The notes below the pieces were generated by a model. That model was not told where the DNA came from. It did not search any database and saw nothing but the letters and a program-made list of their open reading frames with translations. A program made the position numbers and the translations under genes. A stretch of DNA of 63,626 bases, the filler included, from Pseudomonadota bacterium (GTDB taxonomy: Bacteria; Bdellovibrionota_F; JAHFAK01; JBDREC01), in NCBI GenBank assembly GCA_043820105.1. It is 9 parts of 8 records of this genome, joined end to end, with 100 filler letters (N's around TTAATTAATTAA, not from the genome) between each part and the next. Parts side by side here need not be neighbours in the genome. Positions count along the whole stretch, not along the records: positions 61,209 to 63,626 come from JBDREC010000044.1; 8 more parts are not named here. One strand, written 5' to 3'. Of the stretch, positions 62,951 to 63,626 are shown piece after piece. Positions within the stretch are counted from its first letter, which is position 1, and each line of letters opens with the position of its first letter.

Positions 62951-63626
62951 TTAACCCCCACATCCACAGCCTCCACCTCTTGCTGCACCGCAATTTGAAT
63001 TTCCACAGCTTCCATCACAAGAGCCTCTTTGCTGCTCAGGAACAGCATCAAGTTCTTTTTGTATATCAGCAGTATTACTTAAGTCAATGTCTCCTTTAAT
63101 AATAAATGTGCCTCGAATCATGCCCATCCAGCAGCTCCATGGAATTGTGCCTTCTTCTGTTGGTGTGAATTCAATAGTTTGTTCTCCAGGCTTAATATCA
63201 AATTTTAATCCGAGCTTAGGAACCTGTATCGCATTATTGCAGCCATTGATTTCTTTGCCATTAATTATCCATTTAACAGGAACTCCTTTTTTTAATATAA
63301 ATTTATTGGGTTCCCAGCCATTATTTGTTACGTCCATTCTAATAATCTGGTAACCCCCTTCAATAGCTACAACATTTCCTGTTATTTCATCACCTTGGGC
63401 TGAAACCGATGTTAATAAGGAGTTCGTATCTAGCCCTGTTCCTGTTAAAGCTAAACCCCTGTTTATCATTATTAACCCTAACACCATAACAATTGCTCCT
63501 GAAGCTTTTAAAATTTTGTGAGTTGCTTTGTTTGAGATAAAACTTGTCAGGAATCCAAAACTCAGCATTACTGGCAAAGTTCCTAATGCAAATATAAATA
63601 ATACCTTAGCTCCTTCAATAGCGCTT
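62951..63626 (-). CDS. DsbD_2/TauE-like membrane protein with cupredoxin domain, 3' part
   Basis: FALGTLP, CNNAI, WSCWMGM, C-terminal GSC...GGCGCGG; frame runs off window. Confidence 0.75.
   Translation of the reverse strand, partial: SAIEGAKVLFIFALGTLPVMLSFGFLTSFISNKATHKILKASGAIVMVLGLIMINRGLALTGTGLDTNSLLTSVSAQGDEITGNVVAIEGGYQIIRMDVTNNGWEPNKFILKKGVPVKWIINGKEINGCNNAIQVPKLGLKFDIKPGEQTIEFTPTEEGTIPWSCWMGMIRGTFIIKGDIDLSNTADIQKELDAVPEQQRGSCDGSCGNSNCGAARGGGCGCGG

Overview
This window is not one locus. It is nine contigs joined by artificial 100-nt linkers (N44-TTAATTAATTAA-N44), typical of a concatenated MAG. Contigs A (1-30187), E (42730-53129) and G (56217-58500) share dispersed repeats and look like one low-GC, Deltaproteobacteria/Bdellovibrionota-like bacterium. 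They carry the tuf/tRNA cluster, lnt-ybeY-7TM-HD-phoH, AbiE toxin-antitoxin pairs, a glycan biosynthesis cluster, tnaA and mutS. Contigs C, H and I look archaeal (DPANN-like), so the bin is probably chimeric; B, D and F are of uncertain origin. Best leads: (1) an operon encoding a small peptide, an EpeE/YydG-like radical-SAM enzyme (split here by an exact 14-bp duplication), an orphan family-5 peptide-binding protein, a GNAT and a sensor kinase, next to a tRNA-fragment att site, i.e. a candidate modified-peptide signalling system; (2) a tightly coupled ParB-like / SNF2 / DUF3883 nuclease / DNA methyltransferase candidate defence operon; (3) in-frame double-hairpin insertions flanked by 6-bp direct repeats inside two archaeal-type genes. 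All family calls come from motif recognition by eye; no database searches were run.
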